DNA of 63,998 nucleotides, the filler included, from Ionaspis alba (Eukaryota): NCBI GenBank assembly GCA_964255285.1. It is 3 parts of 3 records of this genome, joined end to end, with 100 filler letters (N's around TTAATTAATTAA, not from the genome) between each part and the next. Parts side by side here need not be neighbours in the genome. Positions count along the whole stretch, not along the records: positions 47,483 to 63,998 come from CAXUUL010000344.1; 2 more parts are not named here. One strand, given 5' to 3'. Made by a program: the position numbers and the translations under genes. Below, one piece after another: positions 63,623 through 63,998 of this stretch; position 1 is the stretch's first letter, and each line of letters starts with the position of its first letter. The notes beneath the pieces are model-generated. The model worked only from the letters and a program-made list of their open reading frames with translations. It did no database searches and was not told where the DNA came from.

Positions 63623-63998
63623 ATGCACCCATACGTTGCGGTTCCGGCAGTCGCACTGCTGGTGCTGCGGGCATGGTCTAATAACTCCCTGACGCCTGCT
63701 GGTATAGCAGTCGCAACGGTGACTGCAGCGATTCACACCCTACATCCGTGGCCGGTCTTCTTCGCTCTACTCGTGGTGTTCTTTTTGGGTGGGTCTGCTG
63801 TCACGAAGGTACGCTCGCCTCAATACGCTACTGTTTGGCTCCAGGAGGGGTTTGCTAATTAGTTACAGGTGAAACATAATGTCAAGGCGCATCTAACCAT
63901 TTCCTCCACGGGGTCTATGGGCGGCGAAGGTCCTAGAACACATATACAGGTTCTGGCGAACTCTGTCGTGGCGTCTATCCTTATCTTACTACACTATC
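63623..63998 (+). CDS. DUF92/TMEM19 family membrane protein, 5' part (runs off window)
   Basis: SLTPAGIAVA, FFLGGSAVTK|VK.., GGEGPRTHIQVLANS. Intron about 63809-63868. Confidence 0.85.

Noticed and set aside
1..63998. tRNA, rRNA, CRISPR arrays, secondary-metabolite core genes, TGA-CTA readthrough PTS1 signals
   Set aside because: None recognised by eye, and the stop contexts inspected lacked the readthrough motif. tRNAscan or Infernal would be needed to exclude small RNAs.

Overview
Gene-dense, intron-containing draft sequence from a filamentous ascomycete (Pezizomycotina-type genes, short GT-AG introns). Five N-gaps interrupt it, and two of them carry an artificial TTAATTAATTAA linker. About 28 genes can be supported. 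Most are housekeeping: PEX20-like 3' end, NAT1, HIR1, GT15 mannosyltransferase, OLA1, IPK1, ECM15-like, MDM34, CCDC47/DUF1682, COX7, PPR-like, pirin, MDL-type ABC transporter, CDC37, clathrin light chain, CLC channel, histone-fold protein, PIR cell-wall protein and TMEM19. Accessory genes are a BAHD acyltransferase, a heme-thiolate peroxygenase, three F-box-like proteins and a FAR1/MULE-like ORF. The most notable signals are (1) an snR69-like C/D snoRNA inside an OLA1 intron; (2) probable non-AUG-initiated mitochondrial presequences on OLA1 and the PPR-like gene; (3) a peroxygenase-family protein apparently lacking the distal catalytic Glu; (4) repeated sharp C-rich to G-rich strand-skew switches independent of gene direction; and (5) an upstream ORF repeating the AQNRAAQ motif of the downstream bZIP. 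All calls were made by eye from motifs and splice signals; no searches were run.
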